Translations under genes and position numbers: made by a program
Notes under the pieces: model-generated
Database searches by the model: none
What the model was told of the DNA's origin: nothing
Seen by the model: the letters and a program-made list of their open reading frames with translations, nothing else
Shown here: piece by piece, positions 31,463 through 41,775 of the stretch
Position numbering within the stretch: the stretch's first letter is position 1
Layout: each line of letters begins with the position of its first letter
Origin: Bacilli bacterium
GTDB lineage: Bacteria; Bacillota_I; Bacilli_A; RF39; UBA660
Length of the DNA: 52,144 nucleotides
Direction of reading: 5' to 3'
NCBI GenBank assembly: GCA_017940575.1
Contig: JAGAYJ010000001.1
Location: forward strand, 1-52,144

Positions 31463-31656
31463 GACATTTAACTTATTCAAATAGTTTAATTTTTCATACT
31501 ATAAAATAGGTAAGGAGGAATTAAAATGTTTGGAAATTGTTGTAATAGACAAAACATGTTTGATATGAATATGAATCAACCTATGATGGAAGGACAAATA
31601 GTTGAACCAACTATAAATAAATGTATTGAAAAGGAGTTTTATCATGAAGTACCACA
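31463..31656 (+). repeat. Direct repeat copy 2 (upstream region plus 5' end of the intact cotD-like gene)
   Basis: See copy 1; includes a CATACTAT mother-cell-sigma-like -10 and the SD AAGGAGG. Confidence 0.95.
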
Positions 31657-31786
31657 TGTTTGTCCAATACATACACATGTAATAAATAAACATATCTATA
31701 AACATACTTACACTCCACAATATACATGTAGTGAAGAATGTCAAAATATGAATATTGATTGTGGTAAATGTTCTAATTTTATGTAA
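31526..31786 (+). CDS. CotD-like spore coat protein
   Basis: EPTINKCIEKEFYHEVPHVCPIHTHVINKHIYKHTYTPQYTCSEE; Cys/His/Met-rich. Confidence 0.7.
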   Translation: MFGNCCNRQNMFDMNMNQPMMEGQIVEPTINKCIEKEFYHEVPHVCPIHTHVINKHIYKHTYTPQYTCSEECQNMNIDCGKCSNFM

Positions 31787-31872
31787 GAAAGATTTATTCT
31801 TTCTTTTATTTTGACAAAAATAAAAAAAAGTATTATTATAGTACCCGCTAAAAGAAAAAAGAGGGATGAACC

Positions 31873-32865
31873 ATGAAAATATATTCAAAAAAAATTTTGA
31901 CATTTTTATTAACTAGTTCTATCGCACTTACTACAACAAATTGTGCCGTTATAAAAGAAATGGAAAAACAAGGATTAAGTGTAACAGAAAAAAAACATTA
32001 TATAAATTCTATAGATGAAACATTAGAAGTAAAACAAGAAGACCCAATAATAATGGTCCAAACGCTTGCTGTTAGAGCAATTGATGATGCTGAATTAATG
32101 CTTAATAATGAAATAGTAGGTTATTTACCAAAAGATGAAGAGTTAAAAGTAAGTAGTAAATATAGTGATTATTATGAAGTTTATTATAATGATTCTATAG
32201 TATGCATAAACAGTTCTGATGTTATAGAAGATGTTATTACAACTACTGATTCTCTTTATACTAAAGTGGTATATATTAAAGAAGATGCATCATTATATGT
32301 TGATACAAAAGAGTCAATAGAAACTAAAAAAATATCTAAATATGAATCTGCTTATGTATATAAAGAATTAGATGATTATTATTATGTACTAGCTGATAAT
32401 AATATAGGTTATATAAAAAAAGATAAAACAGTAGAGCTTGATGGTACATATGTAATAGTTGATATATCAAGTCAACACTTAGACTTATATCAAAATAATG
32501 AAATTGTAATGACATCTCCTGTTGTAACTGGTAAAGACAAGGTAACACCAACAACAATTGGAATTCATGAAATATATGATACAAGAGGTAATAGAGATTT
32601 AATCGGAGAAAATGGAGCAAGACATTATGTTGATGTTATGAATAAGTTTTATCAAAATGAAGGATTACATGATGCTGAATATCATACACATTATGATGAT
32701 AATGGTAATATATTAAAAAAACATGGTTGGAGAGATATATCTGAATTTGGTGGTTATACATTTTTAAAACATGGTTCTAATGGATGTGTTAATATGCCAC
32801 ATGATAAAGCAATTGAACTTGACTCTTATGTGGATATTGGAACAAAAGTATTAATTAAAAGATAA
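31873..32865 (+). CDS. L,D-transpeptidase (YkuD family) with N-terminal SH3-like repeats
   Basis: VIVDISSQHL; VVTGK; TPTTIG; GLHD; HGSNGCVNMP. Confidence 0.88.
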   Translation: MKIYSKKILTFLLTSSIALTTTNCAVIKEMEKQGLSVTEKKHYINSIDETLEVKQEDPIIMVQTLAVRAIDDAELMLNNEIVGYLPKDEELKVSSKYSDYYEVYYNDSIVCINSSDVIEDVITTTDSLYTKVVYIKEDASLYVDTKESIETKKISKYESAYVYKELDDYYYVLADNNIGYIKKDKTVELDGTYVIVDISSQHLDLYQNNEIVMTSPVVTGKDKVTPTTIGIHEIYDTRGNRDLIGENGARHYVDVMNKFYQNEGLHDAEYHTHYDDNGNILKKHGWRDISEFGGYTFLKHGSNGCVNMPHDKAIELDSYVDIGTKVLIKR

Positions 32866-32952
32866 TTATGTAAATAAGGCTTATATTTAGCCTTTTTTCT
32901 TTACTAAATTTGGATTTTATTGTAAAATATAATAGACTTAGGAGGAGAAAAT

Positions 32953-33669
32953 ATGGGAAGAGCTTATGAGGTAAGAAAAGCTAGTATACAAAAAACAGGA
33001 GCTGCTAGAGGTAAAATCTATGCAAGCTATGCTAAAGAAATATATCAAGCAGCTAAGAATGGTGGTACAGAACCAGATAGCAATGCTAAACTAAAAAGAT
33101 TAATGGATAGAGCTAAAAAAGAACAAGTTCCAAGTGATATTATTAAAAGAGCAATTGATAAAGTAAACAGTGGTGTAGATGAAACATATGTAGAAGCAAC
33201 TTATGAAATGTTTGGACCAAGTGGTTCTACATTTGTAATAGAATGCTTAACAGATAATTTAAATAGATCTGTATCAGATGTTAGAGCTGTTGCTAATAAA
33301 TGTCATACAAAAATAGGAGCTATAGGTAGTGTTACATATAACTATGATCACTTATGTATAATAAGTTTTAAAGGATTAGATGAAGAGACAACAATGGATG
33401 CTTTAATAGAAGCAGGAGTAGATTTCATTGATATGGAAGTAGAAGATGGTGAGGTTATTATTTATGGTAATCCAACTGATTTATTTGCAATTAAAGAAGC
33501 AATTACAAATAAACTTCCTAATGTAGAATTTATTATGGATGAGATAACTTATATAGCTAAAGAAAAAGTAAATCTTGTTGGTGAAGATAAAGTTTTATTT
33601 GATAGAATAATGACTATGTTAGATGATGTTGAAGATGTTCAACATGTATATCATAATGTGGAGGAATAA
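32953..33669 (+). CDS. yebC: YebC/PmpR family protein
   Basis: AAKNGG.EPDSNA.L; YEMFGPSG; LTDNLNR; [12 protein letters not shown]. Confidence 0.93.
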   Translation: MGRAYEVRKASIQKTGAARGKIYASYAKEIYQAAKNGGTEPDSNAKLKRLMDRAKKEQVPSDIIKRAIDKVNSGVDETYVEATYEMFGPSGSTFVIECLTDNLNRSVSDVRAVANKCHTKIGAIGSVTYNYDHLCIISFKGLDEETTMDALIEAGVDFIDMEVEDGEVIIYGNPTDLFAIKEAITNKLPNVEFIMDEITYIAKEKVNLVGEDKVLFDRIMTMLDDVEDVQHVYHNVEE

Positions 33670-33670
33670 A

Positions 33671-35047
33671 ATGGAAGAATTAACAATGGAAAAATTAGTT
33701 TACATATGTAAACAATATGGATTTATATTTAGTGGTAGTGAGATTTACGGAGGTCTTGCTAATACTTGGGATTACGGACCTCTTGGAGTAGAGTTAAAAA
33801 ACAACGTTAAAAAAGCTTGGATGAAAAGATTTATTCAAGAATGTCCTTATAATGTTGGTATGGATAGTGCTATTTTAATGAATCCAAAGACTTGGGAAGC
33901 AAGTGGACACTTATCAACATTCTCAGATCCACTAATTGACTGTAAAGAATGTAAATCAAGATTTAGAGCAGATAAATTAGTAGAAGACTTTACAAATGGT
34001 AAAGAGACTGGTGACGGTTGGGATAATGAAATATTAATGAACTATATTAATGATAACAAAATAGTTTGTCCTAAATGTGGTAAATTAAACTATACTGATA
34101 TTAGACAATTTAACTTAATGTTTAAAACATTCCAAGGTGTTACTGAAGACGCTAAAAATACAATTTACTTAAGACCAGAAACTGCACAAGGAATATTCGT
34201 AAACTTTAAAAATGTAGAACGTTCAATGAGAATGAAAGTTCCATTTGGAATAGGTCAAGTTGGTAAAAGTTTTAGAAATGAAATAACTCCAGGTAACTTC
34301 ACATTCAGAACTCGTGAATTTGAACAAATGGAATTAGAATTCTTCTGTAAACCAGGAACTGAACTTGATTGGTTCACATATTGGAAGAGTGAATGTAATA
34401 AATGGCTAAAAGACTTAGGAATAAAAGAAGATAACTTAAGAATGAGAGACCATGAAAAAGAAGAGTTATCATTCTATTCAAATGCAACAACAGATTTTGA
34501 ATATAAATTTCCATTTGGTTGGGGAGAATTATGGGGTATAGCAAGTCGTACAAACTATGACTTATCAAGACACATGGAAGTATCTAAACAAAACTTAGAA
34601 TATTTAGATCCAGAAACTAATGAAAAATATATTCCATATGTAATTGAACCATCACTTGGATGTGATAGAATGGCTTTAGCTTTCTTATGTAATGCATATC
34701 ATGCTGAAAAAGTAAATGGTGAGTTAAGAGAAGTTATGAAATTTCATCCAGCACTTGCTCCATATAAAGTAGCTGTTTTACCACTTGTTAAAAAATATCA
34801 TAGTGAAAAAGCAAATGAAGTATATAGAGAACTTTCTAAATATTTTATGACAAGTTATGATGAATCAGGAAATATCGGAAAACGTTATAGAAGACAAGAT
34901 ATAATGGGTACTCCATACTGTATTACAATAGATGATGAGAGTATCAACAATGGTACAGTTACTGTTAGAGATAGAGATACAATGGAACAAGTTACAATAA
35001 AAATAGATGAAGTAAAAGAATATATTGAAAATAAAATAAGATTCTAA
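33671..35047 (+). CDS. glyS: Glycine--tRNA ligase (alpha2 type)
   Basis: [17 protein letters not shown]; [10 protein letters not shown]; [21 protein letters not shown]; ATG 33671. Confidence 0.97.
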   Translation: MEELTMEKLVYICKQYGFIFSGSEIYGGLANTWDYGPLGVELKNNVKKAWMKRFIQECPYNVGMDSAILMNPKTWEASGHLSTFSDPLIDCKECKSRFRADKLVEDFTNGKETGDGWDNEILMNYINDNKIVCPKCGKLNYTDIRQFNLMFKTFQGVTEDAKNTIYLRPETAQGIFVNFKNVERSMRMKVPFGIGQVGKSFRNEITPGNFTFRTREFEQMELEFFCKPGTELDWFTYWKSECNKWLKDLGIKEDNLRMRDHEKEELSFYSNATTDFEYKFPFGWGELWGIASRTNYDLSRHMEVSKQNLEYLDPETNEKYIPYVIEPSLGCDRMALAFLCNAYHAEKVNGELREVMKFHPALAPYKVAVLPLVKKYHSEKANEVYRELSKYFMTSYDESGNIGKRYRRQDIMGTPYCITIDDESINNGTVTVRDRDTMEQVTIKIDEVKEYIENKIRF

Positions 35048-35143
35048 AAATTAGTATTAATTTACTAATTTTTTTTATATCTATAATTTGAAAATGTATA
35101 TGAAACATGCTATAATGTTTAAGGAATTTTGAGGTGAATTTTT

Positions 35144-37249
35144 ATGGTTAAGAAGGCCACTAAAATTAAAGAAAAAATAAATAAAGAGAATATAAAAGAA
35201 GTTCTAAATAAGGATAATATAAAAGAAAAAGGTAAAAACTTTTTACCTTGGTTAAAGACTAGTACAAAAACATATTTTACAACTAATATATTATTCTTAA
35301 CATTTATAGTAACATCAATTATAAATGAATGGCTTCTTAGAAGTTTAACTGTTAAAAATATGTTTGCTATAAAACCAATTATATCTGATATAACTATACT
35401 TTTACTTATTGGTGCATTTGGATATTTGATTAAGCCAAAAAAACAATTTAGATATTTCTTTGGATGGTCAATATTCTTTACAATACTTTGCTTAATTAAT
35501 TCAATGTATTATACAAACTATGTATCATATGCATCATTCTCACTATTAGAGACATCACTTCAAATTGTAGATGTTGGAGATGCTGTTGTACAAAATGTAA
35601 TGGAAATAAAAGATTTCTGTTATCTATGGCAAATACTTGCTATGTTCTTTGTGAATAAATTCTTAAAAAGAAAAAAATACTTTGATAAAGTTGAAAAGAT
35701 TGAAAATGGTAAAGTAAGAGCTATAAATACAATAATAGCTAGTATAGTATTTTTATTTATATTTATGTCAATGTTAACAAGCGTTGATGTATCAAGACTT
35801 AATAAACAATGGAATAGAGAATCTATTGTTATGGAATTTGGTGCTTATACATATCAATTTAACGACTTAATAGCAACCATTAAATCAGAATTAAACCCAT
35901 TATTTGGTTATGATAAAAATGCTAAGGACTTTAGAGAATTCTATCAAAATAGAAATACTGAAGATAAAGTTAATGATTATACTGGTATATTTGAAGGTAA
36001 AAATGTACTTGTTATACATGCTGAGTCTATTCAAAACTTCTTACTTAATACAAGCTTTAATGGAATTGATGTAACTCCAAATTTAAAAAGACTTGCTAGT
36101 GAAGGTTTATATTTTTCAAACTTTCATTCACAAGAAAGTGTTGGTACAAGTAGTGATACTGAATTTACTTTCTCAACATCACTAATGCCTGCAAGCTCTG
36201 GTACTGTATTTATAAGTTATTATGATAGATCTTATCCAACAATTGAAAAATTCTTAAAAGAAAAGAATTATTATACATTTAGTATGCATGGTAATAACTG
36301 TACATTCTGGAATAGACAAGCAACTCATAAGAGTTTTGGATATGATAATTTCTATTGCTATACAAAAGACTTTGAAATAGATGAAACTATTGGATTAGGT
36401 CTATCTGATAAGTCATTCTTTAGACAAGTTGTACCAAAATTAAAAGGAATCAATGATAAATATTCTAACTGGTATGGTCTACTTATAATGTTATCTAACC
36501 ATACACCATTTACTGATATTGAAAACTATAGTGATTATAAAGTTACTATGACTTATTCTCATGTAAATGAAGATGGTACTACAACTGAACTTGAAGCACC
36601 ATTTATGGAAGGTAGAAAGTTAGGTAGTTACTTTAAATCTGCGCATTATGCGGATGAAGCGTTAGGTCAATTAATGGATGATTTAGATAAAGAAGGATTA
36701 CTTGATAATACTGTTGTAGTTATATATGGAGATCATGATGCTAAGTTAAAAAAATCAGAATACTTATGGTATTATAACTATAATCCTGAGACTAATACAA
36801 TGTTAGATTCAACTGATCCAAATTATAGAAATGTTGATTTCTATGATTATGAGTTAAATCGTGAAGTTCCATTTATTATTTGGACAAAAGAATCAAAAGG
36901 TAATAAACTTCTTAATAGAGAAATTACAGAAGCTATGGGTATGTATGATGTACTTCCAACATTAGGTAATATGGTTGGATTTAAAGATAAATATGCACTT
37001 GGTACTGATATGATGAGCCTTAAGGATGGGGATGAAAATATAGTCGTATTCCCTGATGGTAACTGGCTAACTAATAAGATTTATTATAACCAAGGAAAAG
37101 GTGAATATAAAGTATTAGATGAAAATGCTATTATTAGTAATGACTATATTGAAAAAAACAGTGAAATAGCTTCTAAATATATAAGTATTTCAAATAGTAT
37201 CATTGTATATGATATGGTTAAAAAAGAAGAAGAAAAGGTTGGTAATTAA
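35144..37249 (+). CDS. LTA synthase family (sulfatase fold) protein
   Basis: N-terminal TM bundle; VIHAESIQ; GTSSDTEF; HGN..FWNR; SNHTPF; YGDH. Confidence 0.9.
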   Translation: MVKKATKIKEKINKENIKEVLNKDNIKEKGKNFLPWLKTSTKTYFTTNILFLTFIVTSIINEWLLRSLTVKNMFAIKPIISDITILLLIGAFGYLIKPKKQFRYFFGWSIFFTILCLINSMYYTNYVSYASFSLLETSLQIVDVGDAVVQNVMEIKDFCYLWQILAMFFVNKFLKRKKYFDKVEKIENGKVRAINTIIASIVFLFIFMSMLTSVDVSRLNKQWNRESIVMEFGAYTYQFNDLIATIKSELNPLFGYDKNAKDFREFYQNRNTEDKVNDYTGIFEGKNVLVIHAESIQNFLLNTSFNGIDVTPNLKRLASEGLYFSNFHSQESVGTSSDTEFTFSTSLMPASSGTVFISYYDRSYPTIEKFLKEKNYYTFSMHGNNCTFWNRQATHKSFGYDNFYCYTKDFEIDETIGLGLSDKSFFRQVVPKLKGINDKYSNWYGLLIMLSNHTPFTDIENYSDYKVTMTYSHVNEDGTTTELEAPFMEGRKLGSYFKSAHYADEALGQLMDDLDKEGLLDNTVVVIYGDHDAKLKKSEYLWYYNYNPETNTMLDSTDPNYRNVDFYDYELNREVPFIIWTKESKGNKLLNREITEAMGMYDVLPTLGNMVGFKDKYALGTDMMSLKDGDENIVVFPDGNWLTNKIYYNQGKGEYKVLDENAIISNDYIEKNSEIASKYISISNSIIVYDMVKKEEEKVGN

Positions 37250-37863
37250 TGAAAAGATTTAAATTAAAACATTTATTTATAATTATATTAGTTGCACTTC
37301 TTGTATTTTTAATAATTAGTATTAAAGGTATATATGACTCAATAAAAGGTAGTGGAGAAGTTAAAACATTAATGACTATTGATGGTTATGGATATACTTT
37401 AAATGAAAATGATTCTGAGTATTTTAAAAGTTTATTTGAAGAATTAAAGAAATGCTTAGAAAGTGATAGTGTAGATGAAGAAGAATATGCTACTCTTATA
37501 AGTAAACTTTTTGTAACAGACTTTTATTCACTTAAATATGCAATTAGTAAAAGTGATGTAGGAGGAGTTCAATTCATTTATACTGATTCACAATCAAATT
37601 TTACAAAAAAAGCTAAAGATACAATTTATGCTTATGTAAAAAGTAATGTTTATGGTAAGAGAAATCAAGAGTTACCTAATGTAAAAGAAGTAGAAGTAAC
37701 TAATATTGAACAAGATGAGTATAAAGGCGATAATTTAAAGGATGATAAAGCTTATATAGTTGATTTAAAAATAACTTATGATGAAGATTTATCTTATCCT
37801 GATGAAGTAAAACTTATACTAGCTCATGTAAGTGATAAATTAGAAATAGTGAAAATAGACTAA
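37249..37863 (+). CDS. Membrane-anchored hypothetical protein
   Basis: N-terminal TM; TAATG overlap with the LTA synthase stop. Confidence 0.75.
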   Translation: MKRFKLKHLFIIILVALLVFLIISIKGIYDSIKGSGEVKTLMTIDGYGYTLNENDSEYFKSLFEELKKCLESDSVDEEEYATLISKLFVTDFYSLKYAISKSDVGGVQFIYTDSQSNFTKKAKDTIYAYVKSNVYGKRNQELPNVKEVEVTNIEQDEYKGDNLKDDKAYIVDLKITYDEDLSYPDEVKLILAHVSDKLEIVKID

Positions 37864-37912
37864 TCTATTTCTTTTTTTTGCATTATTTGATATAATTAGA
37901 TAGGTGATTTTT

Positions 37913-39571
37913 ATGGATAAAAATAAAGAATTAGCAAGTCTTATATTTCCTGATATTGATAAGACTATTGAAGATTATATAAAAATGTATCCTAAACGTG
38001 ATTTACCTGAGGGAGCATGTGTAACTAGATTCGCACCATCTCCAACAGGATTTATGCATTTAGGAGGATTCTATCAAGCAATAATTGATTATTTAATGGC
38101 TAAAAATACTAATGGTGTATTTTATTTAAGAAATGAAGATACTGATCAAAAAAGAGAAGTAGAATCAGCTGTAGAACTTATTATGACTACTTTAAAACAT
38201 TATGGTATTAATCCTGATGAATATGAATTTAAAGGTAATGTAGTTGGTAATTATGGACCATATATTCAAAGTGAGAGAAAAGAGATTTATCATGCTTTTA
38301 TTAAACATTTAATTGAAATAGATAGGGCTTACCCATGTTTCTGTACTAAAGAAGAATTAGACGAGATTCGTTCAATGCAAGAAGCATCAAAACAAAGAAC
38401 TGGATATTATGGTAGATATGCTAAATGTAGAAGAATGAAAATAGAAGAGATGATTGAGAAAGTTAAGGCAGGTGTTCCTTATACTATTAGATTTAAATCA
38501 AATGGTAACTTTGAGAAAAAATTCTTCTTTAATGATTTAGTTAGAGGTATGTTATCACTTCCTGAAAATGATCAAGATATCGTTATTATGAAAAGCGAAA
38601 ACAAGCTTCCAACATATCATTTCGCACATTTTGTAGATGACTTTTTAATGGGTACTACACATGTTGTAAGAGGAGAAGAATGGCTTCCATCAGTACCTAT
38701 TCATGTTGAGTTATTTGATGCATTTGGAGTAGAGGCTCCTAAATATATTCATACTCCTTTAATTGTTAAAAAAGAGGGTAATTCAACACGTAAACTATCT
38801 AAAAGAAAAGATCCAGAAGCAACTATGTCATATTATGAAGAACATGGTTATCCAATAGAAGCTGTAATAGAATCACTTCTTACAATTATTAACTCTAACT
38901 ATGAAGAGTGGCATACAGCTAACCCTGATAAAACTTACTTAGATTTTGTATATAGTCCAAAGAAAATGTCAGCAACAGGTGGAGCTTTATATGACATGGA
39001 AAAACTTGCTAATATTTCTAAAAATATAATTAGTAAATTATCTGCGGAAGATCTATATAATAGACTACTTGAGTGGACTAGTACTTATGATAAAGAGTTT
39101 AATGAACTTATTACTAAATATAAAGACTATACAATAGATATTTTAAATATTGAAAGATGCCAAGCAAAACCTAGAAAAGATTATGAAAATTATGAATCAA
39201 TTAGACCGCTTATTTCATATATGTATGATGAGTTATATAATCCAGAATTTTATGACTTTGGAAAAATAAATGATATTGAAGAGGTTAAAAATATAGTTAA
39301 TACTTATATGAATGAATATTATGATCCAACTGATGATAAAGATACATGGTTTAATAAAATTAAAGAGTTATGTGATAAACTTGGTTATGCATCTAATATG
39401 AAAGAATATAAAGCTAATCCTGAAAACTTTAAAGGAAATGTAGCTGATTTAACTACTGCAATTAGAGTTTCAGTTACATCACGCTCACAAACTCCTGATT
39501 TATATGAAATCTTAAGACTTTTAGGTAAAGATAAAATACTTGATAGAGTAAATAATATAAATATAAAATAA
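37913..39571 (+). CDS. gltX: Glutamate--tRNA ligase (long form)
   Basis: TRFAPSPTGFMHLGG; RNEDTDQ; YIQSER; THVVRGEEW; RKLSKR; ATG 37913. Confidence 0.93.
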   Translation: MDKNKELASLIFPDIDKTIEDYIKMYPKRDLPEGACVTRFAPSPTGFMHLGGFYQAIIDYLMAKNTNGVFYLRNEDTDQKREVESAVELIMTTLKHYGINPDEYEFKGNVVGNYGPYIQSERKEIYHAFIKHLIEIDRAYPCFCTKEELDEIRSMQEASKQRTGYYGRYAKCRRMKIEEMIEKVKAGVPYTIRFKSNGNFEKKFFFNDLVRGMLSLPENDQDIVIMKSENKLPTYHFAHFVDDFLMGTTHVVRGEEWLPSVPIHVELFDAFGVEAPKYIHTPLIVKKEGNSTRKLSKRKDPEATMSYYEEHGYPIEAVIESLLTIINSNYEEWHTANPDKTYLDFVYSPKKMSATGGALYDMEKLANISKNIISKLSAEDLYNRLLEWTSTYDKEFNELITKYKDYTIDILNIERCQAKPRKDYENYESIRPLISYMYDELYNPEFYDFGKINDIEEVKNIVNTYMNEYYDPTDDKDTWFNKIKELCDKLGYASNMKEYKANPENFKGNVADLTTAIRVSVTSRSQTPDLYEILRLLGKDKILDRVNNINIK

Positions 39572-39620
39572 CATAGATGATTAATCTATGTTTTTTTGTT
39601 ATAATATTAATGGTGATAAT

Positions 39621-40811
39621 ATGAAGAAGTTTCTTTATGGATTATTAATTACTATTATAAGTGTTGGAATTATTATAGGTGGCATATTTATATATAATTA
39701 TTTAAGAGTTAAGTATGCTAAGATAGAAGTTACTCTAAATGACAATTTAACTGTAGAATTTTTGAGTGAAGTACATGTATCAGATTTTATAAAAAGTATA
39801 AATGGTAAAATAATAGATGACTATATAATTGATTCTAAAAAACTAGGCAAAAAACATATTAAATTTAACTTTATTAATGATGATAAGATAAAAGTATCAT
39901 ATGAGTTTGATATTAATGTAGTAGATACAGTTAAACCTTTAATATGGCTAGGTGATACTTATAGTGTTGAAGTAGGAAGTGATATAGATCTTGCTAAATC
40001 AATATTATGTGGTGATAATTTTGATTCTAGACCTAAATGTTTTATAGAAGGTGAATATGATTTAAATACTGAAGGTAATTATAATTTAGTTTATAAAGCT
40101 ATAGATAAAAGTGGTAATGAAGAGTCTAAAGAATTCACTTTAAATGTATATAAGCCAGTTACAAATCAAGTAAAAAAAGAAGAGACATATACAAACTTTA
40201 ATGAAGTAGTAGCTAACTATAAGACTGATTCTAATAAGATTGGAATAGATATATCATCACATCAAGGAGATGTTGATTTTGAAGCTTTAAAAAATGCTGG
40301 TGTAGAGTTTGTAATGATTAGAGTAGGATATAAAAAGGGAACTGACGGAGAATATGTATTAGACACTAAGTTTAAAGATAATATAGAAGGCGCTAATAAA
40401 TATGGTATAAAAGCAGGAATATATTTTTATTCATATGCTGACTCTGCTAAAATGGCAAGAGATGATGCTTTATGGGTATTAAAACAAATAAAGAATTATA
40501 AAATAGATTTACCTGTTGTATTTGACTGGGAAGAGTGGAGATACTTTAATGAATTTAATTTAAGCTTTTTTAATCTAAATAATTTAGCTTTAGAATTCAT
40601 TAAAACAGTAGAAGAAAAAGGATATAAAGGAATGCTTTACTCTAGTAAAAAATACTTAGAATATATATGGGATAGTTCTAAATATGATATATGGCTTGCT
40701 CAATATAATGATACTGTTACATATGAAGGAAAGTATTCGATATGGCAAGTATGTGATGATGGTAAAGTAGATGGAATAAAAAAAGCAGTAGATATAGATA
40801 TAATGTATTAA
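39621..40811 (+). CDS. Membrane-anchored GH25 muramidase with an Ig-like stalk
   Basis: N-terminal TM; VVDTVKP...AIDKSGNE; GIDISSHQG; FDWEE; WQVCDDG; VDIDI; ATG 39621. Confidence 0.88.
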   Translation: MKKFLYGLLITIISVGIIIGGIFIYNYLRVKYAKIEVTLNDNLTVEFLSEVHVSDFIKSINGKIIDDYIIDSKKLGKKHIKFNFINDDKIKVSYEFDINVVDTVKPLIWLGDTYSVEVGSDIDLAKSILCGDNFDSRPKCFIEGEYDLNTEGNYNLVYKAIDKSGNEESKEFTLNVYKPVTNQVKKEETYTNFNEVVANYKTDSNKIGIDISSHQGDVDFEALKNAGVEFVMIRVGYKKGTDGEYVLDTKFKDNIEGANKYGIKAGIYFYSYADSAKMARDDALWVLKQIKNYKIDLPVVFDWEEWRYFNEFNLSFFNLNNLALEFIKTVEEKGYKGMLYSSKKYLEYIWDSSKYDIWLAQYNDTVTYEGKYSIWQVCDDGKVDGIKKAVDIDIMY

Positions 40812-40838
40812 AAAAAATGACTTTAAAGTCATTTTTTT
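40811..40838. terminator. Bidirectional terminator between the GH25 and Fic genes
   Basis: AAAAAAATGACT / AGTCATTTTTTT. Confidence 0.8.
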
Positions 40839-41707
40839 AGTACCTTAGCATTTCCTAAATTATCATTAGCAATACTATTTAAAAGTGATATTTTTGATCT
40901 ATCAAGAAGGGAATTCATATAAAAAATTTGTTCATCATACATATCTAACATAAACTTAATAAAATTATTAATCTCTTTATTTGAATCATGATCCATATCA
41001 AAATATATAGAATCAATAATACTGTTATATCTTGCTTTATTTCTATATAAACTATTTGATAGGTGAAGTGGTGCAATTGCAAGGTTTGTATTAAATAATC
41101 TATTTGTTAATTCTGTAAACTTCATATCAGTTAGTAATCTTATAGTTCTTCCATTTCCATCTTTAAAAGGATGAATACGCATAAGTGTTAGATGAAGTAA
41201 TATACATTTTAAAAACATATTATCATCATATAAATCACTTTTATAAAGATTTATATAGTCATCCATAAATTTTTCTATATCACATGGCTTTGCTCCATAC
41301 CAAAAAATTGTTTCTTTATCATTTTGAAGAAGTCTAACCCATGCATCTATTTTTCTATAATCATATTCTCCAGTACCACGTTCAGAGAAAGAATGTAGTT
41401 GTTTTATTCTTGTATGAGAAATGTTAAAGTCATCTATATTGTAGTCTCCATTTAATACTTCTTCAGGATATATTATATGGTCTTCAATACGATTAGAATC
41501 TCTAAGTTCATTATAGAATGCTTTAACTAATAGAAGTCCAAATGCATCTTGATCATACTTTTTAAATTTAGATACGTATTCATTATATTCCTTTAATGTA
41601 TAAAAAGCTCTATTTAAGTTATCTGAACTTATTACTACATTATCTAAGTATTTTGAAATATCAAAATAATCATATTTAATTGCTTGTTCTTTTAGTATAG
41701 TTGTCAT
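40829..41707 (-). CDS. Fic domain protein
   Basis: Canonical HPFKDGNGRTIR motif; N-terminal SNRIED. Confidence 0.9.
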   Translation of the reverse strand: MTTILKEQAIKYDYFDISKYLDNVVISSDNLNRAFYTLKEYNEYVSKFKKYDQDAFGLLLVKAFYNELRDSNRIEDHIIYPEEVLNGDYNIDDFNISHTRIKQLHSFSERGTGEYDYRKIDAWVRLLQNDKETIFWYGAKPCDIEKFMDDYINLYKSDLYDDNMFLKCILLHLTLMRIHPFKDGNGRTIRLLTDMKFTELTNRLFNTNLAIAPLHLSNSLYRNKARYNSIIDSIYFDMDHDSNKEINNFIKFMLDMYDEQIFYMNSLLDRSKISLLNSIANDNLGNAKVLKK

Positions 41708-41775
41708 ATCTATTCCCCTTAATGATGTATATTATATAGTATTTATTTTTTATAAGCAATAAAAAAATAAGAAAA

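Larger units (their letters stand above)
30285..31656 (+). mobile_element. Decayed serine-recombinase element integrated in the cotD-like gene, carrying a replacement promoter and 5' end
   Basis: Bounded by the 194-bp repeat; contains a 184-aa cargo ORF, a 34-aa ORF and a truncated serine recombinase start. Confidence 0.6.

Noticed and set aside
30127-31903. Minus ORFs 30127-30309, 30544-30786, 30928-31125 and 31499-31903
   Set aside because: Antisense to the cotD repeats and the cargo ORF. The similarity between two of them just reflects the direct repeat.
32336-34568. Minus ORFs 32336-32620 and 34374-34568
   Set aside because: Shadows of the L,D-transpeptidase and glyS.
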